Below, piece after piece: positions 10,814-22,559 of a DNA stretch of 32,290 nucleotides (position 1 is the stretch's first letter; each line of letters begins with the position of its first letter). This stretch comes from Perkinsus chesapeaki ATCC PRA-425 (Eukaryota; Protista; Perkinsozoa): positions 1-32,290 of the forward strand of contig JAAPAO010000406.1 of the NCBI GenBank assembly GCA_013115145.1, given 5' to 3'. The position numbers and the translations under genes were made by a program. Under the pieces are notes generated by a model. It had not been told where the DNA came from and did not search any database. It worked only from the letters and a program-made list of their open reading frames with translations.

Positions 10814-13373
10814 ATGAATTTGTGGAAGGAACGTGGAGCTGAACCTTTCTGGCTCAAGTCAGACTTATTCTATGGTCCAGTTGGAGAAGGGTCTCACGAA
10901 AAGGCCTGCCACGGTGACAAAGTCGCCGTTAGCGATCGTAAATGACCTGAATTGCCTGACCTACCACAAGTCCTATGGAACAGGAAGAACTTGACGCACC
11001 ACAATGGAAGATGGTCTACGCGCAAGACCCCCAGGAGTCTGTACGATGTCTACAATAGGAACTAGCGCTGCAGTTTGGAGCAGAGCGACTACTGCTGCTT
11101 GCAGTTCCCGACGTTTCTTGAGGTTTCTTGAGCATAGATGCATATGTATTTATACAGATAGATGCCCAGATGCTGATATAGATGATGCATGATATAGATG
11201 CTTATGCATATATAGAGCTCGAATATTGCGTCCTCAGCTAGATGGACCTTGCAGGTCTGACATTCCAAGCATGTTGTCGTTTTCTGTCCGCGCGGGTGTG
11301 TTCAGAGTACTTTTGAGCTTGCCGCGTGTGTGGAAAGAAGGGGGGGTCTCCGCAAAATTGGTATATCGAGTCACTTCAAATAACGTATTTGTGTAGGTGC
11401 TTGTAGCGGCAGGTAGTGGCAAGCAGCATACCACTGGAGGAAAGGAGACTAAGAAGCATCGGTGACATCTGCAGTAGTTTCCAGCATATTCTGCTCTATT
11501 GTGTTACGGCGAAGCGAAGCTCTCTATTTATATAATGGCATGGGAACTGACACCGGAAGAGATAGAAGACCTTTGGAATGTAAGGAACGCCATCGTGTGT
11601 CACGTATCGCCTTTCACGGATAATTTACATTCTGTTGCCGTTTAGCATTGTCTGCTTTAACACGCTCTGCTAGTTCTGGTGAGATGTCGTGTATTACTTC
11701 TTGGGAGGCGCGTATATTTCAGAGATGGACCAGTTATGCCGCCACCCTCGCCAAGTGTTTCACTTGCCTATTATGCTCAAGTCCACCATGAGGAGATACG
11801 AGCCCTATTTCTAGTCTCATAGAAATCTCTTCAGAAAATTTCTTCAGAAAAGTGTTCTCTACATGAACCACTGTTCTCGTTGCTGCTGTTGCGGTTGTCT
11901 TGATGTTCCGCAACTGATCGATCGTAATAGCTTTAATGACCCTCTTAGCGGATTCAGCCTTATCGCGATTATCTTTTCTTTTGATCAGTTCTACCTTCAT
12001 CGCGAAGGGAACAAGTCCGGGTCGGACAGTCTGAGGATCCAGGGCGGATTTGCGGCGATGGTCCGGTCGCTTTTCGAGCAGGAAGGACTGCTGTATCCAA
12101 GTGCCGGATTGGTGGCATGGCTGGCATACGATATCTTCGGCGCTGAGGACGAGGAGATCGATAAGGCGACGTTCAGGAGAAGATTTAACGAGTAATGCTA
12201 GCGGCTGCAAGTTAGCGAGAAATTGACAGAGTGGAGACTGCGAGGAGCGAGAGGCTCCGATGGTGACTCATGTATGGGTCTCGACTATGAAAATTTCATG
12301 CCCTTATCATTGATGAGGGGGGGTTCATTCAACCTCGGATGGGAGTGTTATTTCCTGAGCCTATTCTCGAAACGCGTCACACTTCTTTGGATACTCTCTC
12401 GGACCACGAACGCATTTATGCAATCAGGTTCTGGACCAGCCGGGAGTTCATCCTTCAACGCTATGCTCAGCTACAGGGCACGTGGTCTCCACCGACGGTC
12501 GCGGTTATGGCGCCGGTTAGGGGGGTAGTCGAGCATTCAAGGGAGCCTGAAATGAACGAAAGCTCCCCTTTGTTGGTAAAGGAGGGAGCACTTGAAGAAG
12601 CGCCGAGGCAGGTTAACGAGAAATTTACGTTGAAAGAGAATCTTGTGCGTGGAAAAGCGAAAGTGGAGGCGGTGGGAATTGAACCCGCGAAGGCAGCTGA
12701 CACCGCAGTTGTTGCGACACCCGACTCGCTGTCCCCGAAGTCTGTTAGGGCTACTGAGCGCACGCGCAAGTCAGGGAAAGGAGATGAGGAGAAATGGAGA
12801 GATTTGAAGGTCGCCAGGCTGCTGAAGAGGCTTGAAACAGTCGAGACGAGGTAAGACTTAATACATTTGGCACCGTTAGGATAGATGGCACCGTTAGAGA
12901 GAACCCCGTGTCAGATAGATTGACATTTGCACCCAATGGGGGGATCGGTGAGCGTTTGTGACTCTTCGGCTCGCTGGATTGAGGTGGTAATAGAGCCTGT
13001 AAATAATAGACACAGGAACGGCAGTAAAAAGGAAGCTGGAACTGAGCCGTTGGTGAATTAGACTCAACTCCTAGCTTAAGTTAATGACGCAGCCTGGATA
13101 TAGCGAATGTCGATGGCCGTGTACACAGTAATCATGTGCCAGCTTTCCTTTTTAGGAGGGCTGAGGCCGAGAAGTTAGCGAGCTCCCGGGCAGATGAGAT
13201 GAAGGAGATGACACGGAAAATACGAGAATTGGAGGTTTGCCGAACTTCAAGATTGAGGTGGGAGTTTACAAAGTCAGGATGCTCTGGGTGTCGCCAGAAG
13301 ACTTAGTCTCCGGGAGAGGAAGGAGAAGAGCGGACATGATAGTGTAACATACAGGACAATGTTCGCTGAATGA
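10814..13373 (+). CDS. Multi-exon hypothetical protein with C-terminal coiled-coil
   Basis: Exon-like frames with GT-AG borders: MAWELTPEEIEDLWN, FYLHREG..LAYDIFGAEDEEIDKATFRRRFNE, KWRDLKVARLLKRLETVETR-RAEAEKLASSRADEMKEMTRKIRELE-DALGVARR..MFAE*. Start uncertain; no family recognised. Confidence 0.55.
11137..11215. repeat. Degenerate (gatatagatgc)-like low-complexity intronic tract
   Basis: Repeated agatg/gatatagatg words within about 80 nt. Confidence 0.5.
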
Positions 13374-13380
13374 GCCTCTC

Positions 13381-14233
13381 ATGACGGAAGTTTACAATGG
13401 GGAGGATGGCATCGTCAGACGACTGGTTCGTCAAATAATTTTCCCGACATGCTCGGTTTCCGTGCTACGACTCCACTTTCCTGTTCTGAGCTAAGGATGG
13501 GCGAGCGTTGGGCATCTCCCCCAATTAGATTTCACAGATATCGACTTCACTGAGAGCTGCTTAACTCGACCACTGTCTTTGCGGGACACATAGACGTGCA
13601 GTACGCTGTAACATCGTTATCGCTGGGGAGTATGCTTTATCACCTTGCGTGCACACGGTTTGCATGCAGTTCTTTCATTCTCCCTGTCCTGGAAATTCCA
13701 TATTATCATCCCTTCTCAGAGTGCGTCTCGTTTTAGACAGCACCACTTGATAAACAGCTATCCGCTCTTCATCGATCACGTGCTTGTCTTGCCACTGCAG
13801 TGACGGCAGCATCTAAGGCAATGGCCACGACAGAGGAAGTTTGGGATAGGCCCTCGGAGTTGACCAGTCTACTCTTCCAGGTACCTCGATACCAGGGACA
13901 TTAAATTCTCTTACGCGCACAGTGTGGATTGCAAAAGCCTTCTGGGTTCGATATGCACATAGTCAATTCTCGTCGCTTTCTAATTGGCGGAAGTACAATG
14001 GCTTCTTACCAGCATCAGTAGCTATAAGTAGTTGTCCTCAATCCTTTACTTCCTCGATACATTAGCCGTATCATCAATGCTTTAAGGTACTGGACAACGC
14101 CAAGTCGCTGGCCCAAGCGGAGACCGAGGACCATGTCTCGACCTGGAGAGACCTCTTCGTTGATCTTTGCAATATCCAAGTGCAGATGGTCAGAGCCGAC
14201 AAGCGCGCCCAGCGTCTGGCCACTCGCACGTGA
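13381..14233 (+). CDS. Multi-exon hypothetical protein
   Basis: Short exons join in one frame: APLDKQLSALHRSL-TAASKAMATTEEVWDRPSELTSLLFQ-YNGFLPAS-PYHQCFKVLDNAKSLAQAE..RLATRT*. 5' end not resolved. Confidence 0.5.
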
Positions 14234-14328
14234 AAGCATGGGACCTTTCCTTCGACACCATCGGCTTTGCGTTTAACGCTTACACTCTTCCCGTATCAGA
14301 TGTGCCTTTGGCTGCACCAGTTTTCAAC

Positions 14329-16148
14329 ATGACTAAAAGTATAGTTTCAGTGCTATCTGAGTTCGCCGGGGACTCGAAGTCCCTCTGCATCTTTGGTGGC
14401 GGTGGTGGTTCCGATCAGGAGACGGCCAGATTATTAGCAGTTTCCCTCGTCAGTAAGCAGTTTCAGCAATCGGTTGTATCCTACGCGTTGGTCTCCACTT
14501 GAGCTTCTCAGTATACAGCTGCTAGTCTTTGTTTGATTGGTTTTCATGATCGACTTTCTTCAACTTGGTCCGAATTCACAACCCCTGTTTAGGTTGTAAA
14601 AAGCACTCCCTGAAGACCATCACCGTCATCACAGCATTTGCTCCGCTTTACGACCGGGAGGGCCCTCACCAAGAAAATGAGATTTTTACAGCTCGATCGC
14701 GCGAGCAGACAAAATTGAAGTAGGCGGTCGTTCGGTTGGTATGAGGAGCAACGTGCTCTGTGTGGTCAGGTACACTGGTAAACCCTTCAAGAGCTGGCAG
14801 AAGTCTGCCTCTGGCGAGTGGGAGTATGCCCAGCGCGACGCATCTAGGAGTTATTCTGATAATGAGTGCGTAGCTTCGTTATCAGAGGACAGCTCTCATG
14901 ACGGTCTTTTGTACACTACTGCCCAACCTGTTGAAGTTGAGGGAGTGACGATTCAAAGGTAAACTCTTGAAGAAATATCTGTGTTTTTGCATCCTGCTTT
15001 CTTGAGAAAAATACGTCTAATGAAGACCCTATCCAAATGTGATCATTTCGAGACAGACTGGAACATTTTATGCCGGCCGTGAGATTTTATGCGGATCACG
15101 CACTGGAAACCGATCATTCGTTTCAGCGTACAAGACGCGACCGCCTTTTTCAACTTTTCCTCTTCCGCTGAATTTTTCATCGTCCGACTTTTCTCAGTTA
15201 CGGTCTCGTTGTTGTACCGCCATCGGAAAAGCCACTTTTCGAGGCTTCCAGAGATCTCCTTCAACGCTTGCTCTGCCCGACCAATTCCGACATCGTCGAG
15301 CCTATTCTGTTAGTAGACACCGGCGGAGATGGGATGAAGTTTTACACTAAACGATCGTTACCAGCGGTAAGTTCTCGTCGCTGCGCGGTTATAAAACAAG
15401 GTTTGTTCCACCAGTGGCCTGTCAAACTGCTTATCTACACTTGGTATACTTGTTAAAATATTTCTGAATCGATCGTCATAAAGTAGCCATTTTCATGTCC
15501 TTATTTTTCAGGGTGCGGCACATATGGGAGACGTAGACGTTACTGCTATTTACGGCGGCGTGAGTGACAGTCGGGACACAGATTCCCTTCGCTTGTGCCT
15601 CCAAATTTCTCGGAAAAAGAATGGAAAGATGGCTTTCCTAGTAGTTGGTCCCGGTGCCGACGGCGAGAGCTCCACACAAGTAAGCTACGTTACGTTTTAA
15701 CTGTGGCGCAACCTGTTGTCTCAGGGCTTGACAAATACCCATGATATGATACGTCGAAATGGCTCTTTGGTTCTGGAAGGATCGGTTGCGGAACTCATTG
15801 GTATAATGGACGACCACACATCGCTTCCAGAGAGACATTTGGTGAGTGCATAAATGACATGACCGAGGATCGAACTGGGGATCTTTCGATTGTTAGCTCA
15901 AACTCTGGCTGCAACCGCGACAGTTCAGTACTATTGCTCACATTACTGAAGCAGTGAAGCTTGGTGAGCATAAAAACACCTCTATGGACGACCAAACGGT
16001 TACCATACGGAGGCAGGGAGTTGTGGTATGCATCGTGGATGAGGGTGAATAATAATAGAACGTTCGCTTTCAGGTCGGCCCTCGCCCTGCGTCATTCCTC
16101 AGCTCGTTTTGGCTGATCAGTGGTGACATTCTGGAAGAGTTCCTTTAA
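14329..16148 (+). CDS. DUF1152-family-like protein (multi-exon)
   Basis: N-terminal SLCIFGGGGGSD Gly-loop, ILLVDTGGDG, SDSRDTDSL, FLVVGPGADGE and C-terminal PASFLSSFWL occur in the order I recall for DUF1152 (GxGGGxD..VDxGxD..D..GxGxDGE). Numerous GT-AG introns. Confidence 0.65.
15842..15896 (-). pseudogene. tRNA-Val(AAC)-like 3' half (positions 32-73) antisense in a 55-nt intron
   Basis: Reverse complement is CTAACAA-TCGAA-AGATC-CCCAG-TTCGATC-CTCGG-TCATGTC-A-TTTAT. Canonical spacing with no gaps; T-stem 4/5 paired; no 5' half in the adjacent exon. Confidence 0.6.
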
Positions 16149-16529
16149 TCGGGCGACTCTCACGTCGACCGTTAAAATTACTATCAGCAGCTACAGCAAT
16201 TCAAAGTTCTACCTGTTTGGTTTGCTACTCATTCAAAAGCGGCTTGAGTTGTTAAGGAGTAAGATTAGTATCATTAAGTTCGCCGGTAGGCATTTCACAC
16301 CACTGTACTTTCGCACTTCCGTTTTTCACAAGCGGGGAAAACGTTGACAAATCATTACTCGTAAAATGCTCCACATATCATTGATGAACTCGAAAACAAA
16401 CAATATTTGCAGAATAGTATTTCTTAGAGAACGGCTGGAAGGCAATGTCACATAACAGAATGCCAGCAAGGACATCCCCTCGCTAGGGGCGAATTTTTTT
16501 CACCGACTGCCAGGAATAATCCCCGTCGT

Positions 16530-17080
16530 TTACTGGGTTAGCTGCTTGACGATCTGTTCAATCTTGACGGGATCGGCGCCAGTAACACGCTGAACCTATA
16601 TTAGACAATACTTATAAGGCGACTCGGAGAATTGGGCGTACCTCCTTTCCGTCCTTATAGAAGGCAAATGTCGGAACGGACATGACTTTGTTTTCCTGGG
16701 CCATCTCGTCGAAATCATCAATATCAATCTTGATAAAGGACACCTTATCATTGTTCTTCGCAAGATTCTCGATCTACAAAACGCAAATAAAAGACTACTT
16801 GCAGCTGGTTAACTTACATAGGGAGTGACCTGCTTGCAAGGACCGCACCAGCTGGCAGTGAACCAGGCAACCTTAAGAGGAGGATAAGCGGTCGACAACT
16901 GTTGCTTAGCCGCGGATTCTGAGCCGGCAACTGTCACCTACACACAAACAGTCCAATACAGGTTCTACAAAGCCCTGTTAAGTGCTTTTAACTTACCGCA
17001 AAGCGACGAGCTGCAGGAGCGGCCATTCGAACGGCGTTTGCTGCGGTACCGGCTGCGGCTTTCTGCAATGATGCGAGCAT
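16530..17080 (-). CDS. Thioredoxin with probable mitochondrial targeting peptide
   Basis: VAWFTASWCGPCKQ active site, FIKIDIDDFDEMAQE, and an Ala/Arg-rich N-terminus MLASLQKAAAGTAANAVRMAAPAARRFA. About 5 exons. Confidence 0.92.
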
Positions 17081-17150
17081 TTTTGATATTAAAACAGAGT
17101 GACAAATAAATCTTAAAGCTAGTTTGGTGCGTTGAGAGTTGGGGCGTACG

Positions 17151-19236
17151 CTAAAATACTGCACAAAGCGCTCGGACTAAAATTGTGAACTTGTTCGGAG
17201 GGGAAAGTATCTTGCGAAGAGACAGATGCTGTGTGCTGGTTAACTCAGGGAAGTCGGCAGAAATAGGTCTGCAACTTCGGGACCAGGACTGACTCGGAAG
17301 TTTGGTATGTGGAACCTGGATTAATCCTTCTAGTCGAGCCGAGGACTTGCGGACTCCTAGCTCAATACCCTTCAATTGATTCAGGCTGTTTCTGCTCAGA
17401 AGTTCAGACCCGAACGCACGACTACGCGAAATAAACTGATATCTTAAAGCCTTCAAGAACGTTGTGATGTTGTAGGTAGTTGCGATAGAGCATGCCGGAA
17501 AATATTTTCCTATCGCCAAGTCTTCTAGCGAACCCACAAACCTTTACTTGGATCAAAGCTGATATCCTTTCGGAGCGTACTAAGGCAGCTGCCAATGAAC
17601 GGGCCGCCTGGAACGAAAGCTTGAGAAAAACCGCCGGACATCTCAAATTTACCCAAAGCGAATATCGGTAAGAATTCAGTCAAGCCAAAGGGATGCGCAG
17701 CTTGGTCAGATCGAACTTCCGAGTGCCCACTACGATAGCACCAGACCCAACGAGACTGATACTGAGAGATAGTGCTTCACCATTCTCCGGCAACACATGT
17801 TGTCTACCCTTGTATAAGTCATCTGGCTCACGCCCCTATCCAACTTTAGCAACTAGCGTAAGACTGCTGTCAAGCCTCCTTCCACTGAGGCACCTTGTGT
17901 GATAGGAGGGTGATGCGATGTTACCTCAGGACGTTAAGTATGACAATGCTGGTATCCGATCGAGCAGAACTAAGAGTAGGTCCAGGCTTGGGAAGTCGAA
18001 ATGTAGGGACATTGATGAAGGAGGTCGGATGGTTTGCATTCAGCAACAAGCTCCCTCGATAAACCCGTCAAAGAGTGCATGAATGCTCGCCATGTTGATG
18101 TATGACGTTGTTAACCCTCCGCACTGTCGCGTTGAGTAAGAGCTCATCCTATCAAGTAGAAGTATAAAAAGTATTGACTCTGTCGAAAACGAAAGGCAAA
18201 GCAGACAGTCCAAGGACCTTTCGAGCGAGGTTCGAGGTCACGTCACCGTGTCTTTGAAATCGCACATGTCTGTCGAGTATCTCCCATCACTGCGGATTTC
18301 GGGTCAATCTGACGCTAAATGAAAGCTACCTGAGCATAAGACAGCTCTGTGAGGCTCGACAGGCTTTAATCCTCTATTGATAAGGTTCTTGAAGCATCGG
18401 CGCGCCGTGACGTCTTCGAATGGCCATGTCAAGATGTCACAAGAGATATTTCAACCGCCGCCAAGTTAGCCGATCTCTAGCAGTGACATGAAGGCTGTTA
18501 GATGCATAATGCTTATCACTTTTATTGGCGTGGCCGCCTCGGAACTTTCAAAACCAGCAACCCGTGGTTACCATGTCGTAAGATCGTCATATTCGCTTCA
18601 CATGGTAGTGTTTATGTCAGGCGCGCCCACGCTCTGCATGACACCGATCTCATAGGTATGTTGGGAAGCCTTACGATTGGACAGCGTGAATGATTATGAA
18701 CGCTGTATAGCAGACCAAAAGGAAGCTGCAAATACAACAGCCACAATCACAGCCTTTCAGATTTTCTGTTGCTTCCCTCCACTAGAAGTTTACTATTCGG
18801 CGGTGGGTAGAGGGAAGCCTCGTCGTGCAAGTTTTATTGTTCTCTTTCCCTACAGTTAGACGATCTCGAGGGCTTGGCTTGTTCCAGCAATGAAGACTGC
18901 AGAGATGCTCCTAACGGTCTCTCTGGGGTGTGTGTCGAGTCCCTCAAGGGCGATTACCATTGTCAAATTCCATGCGAAGTGAATACCATATGAGAATTCA
19001 CTTGTGTTAACTTTATCAAATATCTTTCAGGATTGCCCAGCTTGCAGGATTGGTAGATATTGGTGCTCGAATGATTCCTAGTTGGGCGGCAACTGTATGC
19101 TACATCCGTCATAGCGTTTTCCGGTGTTGTTGTCTATCACTCGTTCACAGTATTCATTCCCTCGTACATCATTCACCCGTCTATAGAGGTTTCCACACTA
19201 TTGCTGTCTAAGCCTTGTGTTTACCTTGTTGTTCAT
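17151..19236 (-). CDS. Multi-exon hypothetical protein
   Basis: Minus-strand splice donors (gtaaac, gtaggg, gtaaca, gtaaag), open exon frames and a 128-aa terminal ORF at 17151-17537. No family recognised. Confidence 0.4.
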
Positions 19237-19319
19237 CTTAATATAAGTTTCGTCACTTCCCGTCACACTATATAACACAACACAAGTCGTAGTCAGTAAC
19301 ACTGTACAACGGATAATCG

Positions 19320-20702
19320 TTAGCTCTCCTTGGCCTTTTGTCGTTTGGCTGCCCGCTCCTTTCTCTTCTCATCGATAACCTGTTTCTCATACTCTGTTGG
19401 ATGTTCATATCTATCCAACTTCCCTCGGCCCTCATCTGTAACGAACTTCTGCCCCTCCCGTGCAGCCACTGGCATCCCTGATACCATAGCGAAATGATGC
19501 AATACGATCGACCCAGCAATGGCGACGTTGAGGGAGGCAGTGGCCTTGGTATACTGCTCGATGTATGTGAAGTGATCACACGCTGCGATCTGAAAGACCA
19601 GTCATACAACCAAGGGCGTTCAAATCTTCAACGTCTGAAGCTGTCTAAGAAGTGCAACGGTTTTCCTCCGTTCGAGCGAGAATCCTACTGCGGGAGCACC
19701 TCAATTTGGGCCACTTCGTCACATCCTCCCAAGAGTGGAATAGGCAAGTCTGAGTTTCAGTGAAGTTGTAATTCATTACGTAGTCCCTTGCCTCACTTTC
19801 ATAACCCCATTCTGAACCATCGCTAAGAAGCTCGAATGCCACGAAGTAGTTATAAACAAAATTAACATATTTTCCTCGCACTATACAAGCGGAGCCCTCG
19901 ATCCTCCAACAAAGCTAGCTTTGTCAGACTCACCTGTTTATCTGTCATACCAGTGCCCTCATTCCCCAGCATAAAGCATGTATCTCCCCTCCACTTAACA
20001 TCCTGCACTGGCACTGAGGATGGGTGAATCTCAACGCCACATAAAGTGATGCCTCGCTTTTCCAACTCAGCCTTGGCCTCTGCTATGGTATCGAAGAACT
20101 CAAATGTTGCATGGAGCGTGGTGCCTGCGGAAGATAACCAAAATGGGCAATTCCATGACGGATTTATGGACGCTTTAAAACAGTGCGTTTTCTCGGAATG
20201 AAGAAATTTCGCTTACATTACGAAACCCGGAACCATTTCTAAGAAATGCATGCTTGGAGCTCGGATGCTTCCGACAAGATGGAATAAACGTGTCGTGAGC
20301 AAACGACTTATCCTTTATCACAGTATTTTTGACCTTATTCGGTGAGCATTATTACGAGACACATCATTACGGTGGTGCTCGAAATCCTCCTTGAAAAAAC
20401 ATCAGATCGCCGGGAGTGTAAGTAGCCTACCTCGCTGATATATAAATCAGTTCACATGGAAGCTCGTCTACGAGAAGCGGTGCCCCCCAAATGACCCATG
20501 GACAGCACAGGCTGCCCATATTACCTTGATTGCCAAACAAGGCAAGTTCCTTCATTTTTTTAGCACCGACCACAAACACCTCGGTGACACCGAAGGCTGT
20601 GGCCGATCGCAAAAGCTGACCCCAGTTCTGTCGCTTGCCAACATTGCAGATGAGCAGATAGCTCTTCCACGGCCGAGATGGCTGATCCGCGGAAGTGGCC
20701 AT
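19320..20702 (-). CDS. SpoU/TrmH-family RNA 2'-O-methyltransferase, 3 exons
   Basis: NVGKRQNWGQLLRSATAFG (motif 1), LCGVE..FMLGNEGTG (motif 2), YIEQYTKATASLNVAIAGSIVL (motif 3). Introns of ~395 nt and 344 nt (19590-19933). Confidence 0.92.
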
Positions 20703-20770
20703 TATTGATACTTGAAAGAGATCCAATTAGAGACTGTCAACACAAAAAAGGGGACAGTTTGAAATACAAA

Positions 20771-22379
20771 TTACACCACTGAAGTATCATGCCCACCATC
20801 CATGGCCAGGGCACTCAGTGCCAGGCTTACAACAGGCCAAACAGGCCACATAGAATGGAGGGACTCGGACAGCGCAGCAGCTCCTATGGGAGCCGACGAT
20901 ATATCTGCAAAACGGATGCTGATTGATAAGGGTCCAAGTTATGACCAAAAGCTATGATATCCTGGGCGGCATTTAACAGCGAAGAACGATAGTCTCGATC
21001 ATCGGTCGTGGCGGCAACCTAAATGGCCTCCCCAGAGAAGATTCCAGGAGCACTTACACCGGCAAGGGCCATTGTAAACGGAATGGGGTGCAGACGGACG
21101 AACGTGTCATTGCCTGCGACATCGCTCGACAGCAGCCCTTGGCAGGCCACTGCGAGCTGAGATAGGTCTCCACCGGTGAGCGCTCTGACAGTTTATATGC
21201 TCTACGAAGGCCGCGAGATGCCTACTCCGAACTGACGGTGTAGAACTGATTAACAATTGGATCTTCAATGTCATCCTTGCCGGCAGCTAACATGCCTGCC
21301 TGAAGATTCCTCAGTTGCCATTGTGCCTGATAAGCCTCAGATAGGCCCATTAGCAATGATCCCAGTCGACTACCATCAAAGGGAAAAACGGCCACCCACT
21401 AGCATGTACTTTCTGCCAGGGAATGTCCACCAACACAGTCATCAGAGGACTGTGAAGTTTCTCATTGGAGATTAATGCCTCCGATACCTGCCGCCACGTT
21501 GGAGCCCTGTGGTCCTTAGCAACCCCTACAGCCTCGGACCCAACAGCACCGATGGCTCCGATCACTCCCATCAGTTGGGTTGTGAGCCTGGCGAGCCCGC
21601 AGTCGGCAGTGGTGGCCAACAAGTCGACAGGAAGGGTCTCAGTGGCAACCTGTATGTGATAAGTTGTACAATGACCCATGATATCTAGACCTGTTCCAGA
21701 TCCATGAGGTCGGGGTCTGCCAATATCTGCAGCGATGCCTCCGGCTGCATCAACAATGATGCCAACAGACGCTTCGATTCCTGCCAACGTGGCCCGCAGG
21801 AGAGATCCAAAACCTAACGCCAGGGCAGCTTTGCCTTGACACTATTTACCAGTTTGCAGCTCTACTTCCGGTGGTTGTGGGATAGATTCCTCAATCACCG
21901 GCGGTGGAGGCGGAGGCACCTCGCCCGAGAGCTTCCGTGACCTACATGCGCAATCCGCTGCCCTTACAAACACCCTTACTGCGTATCATTATCGGGAGCA
22001 TTCCAAATAGCCCAGTCCTCCCGAAGCCGTTGTATCTCCCTGTAGACTCATAACACCCACTACAGTCCTACCCCGACCTACGCATCCGAGCCTCCATCAA
22101 CCACAGTCCTCGAGCCAGCTCCAGTCACTTTACGAACCCCATCGACATCGGTCGCTACAAAGCTTGCCGTGACGGTTTCGGTATGAGCGTGCCAGCTGCC
22201 AGGTTAACCTCAAAAATATCTTCTCTGCGAACTCACTGAGTTTCGGCCTCCCCGCCGGCCTTATGGCTTTCTTCAGCGATTGGATCGCTGACCACTCCAG
22301 TGGCCCTAGCAATGCGGGTGAGCCAATCAGTCTTGGCGAAAGATGTCGCTGCCAGGGATAGAACCAGGGTGAATCTCAT
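20771..22379 (-). CDS. Putative secreted multi-exon hypothetical protein
   Basis: Signal-peptide-like MRFTLVLSLAATSFA, a Pro-rich linker (VPPPPPPVIEESIPQPPE) and consistent GT-AG exons to a stop at 20771-20773. Confidence 0.5.
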
Positions 22380-22559
22380 AGGAAAACTCTGGCGCTGCTT
22401 AACAAACCGAAAGCATCCCGGAGGCTCCGAGTAGCAGCACCGAAGTAAATTGCACAGCGTTCGGTAAAAGGGCAAGAGATGGCCAACTCAGCAACTGTGC
22501 AAAGGTAAGAAAAATATTACACTCAGAGCAACACTTAAAGTACACTCAACCAGCGACAG

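Noticed and set aside
10850-10858. TGGCTCAAG matching the SL 3' end
   Set aside because: Only 9 nt, with no GT donor or Sm site after it, so not an SL RNA gene.
12100-12195. EF-hand call for AYDIFGAEDEEIDKATF
   Set aside because: Lacks the canonical DxDxDG..E loop residues, so the gene was left as hypothetical.
11734-12210. 158-aa minus-strand ORF
   Set aside because: Antisense shadow of a plus-strand exon with proper splice sites.
12868-12897. Direct repeat tggcaccgttag x2 in an intron
   Set aside because: Simple local duplication with no terminal repeats or element body.
15483-15493. GTAGCCATTTT, 11 nt identical to the dinoflagellate spliced leader
   Set aside because: Intronic, isolated and not followed by GGCTCAAG; compatible with chance.
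22344-22368. T-arm-like CCTGG-TTCTATC-CCTGG-CAGCGAC-A on the minus strand
   Set aside because: It lies in the signal-peptide codons (TLVLSLAAT) of a gene and illustrates the chance background of relaxed tRNA-like matches.
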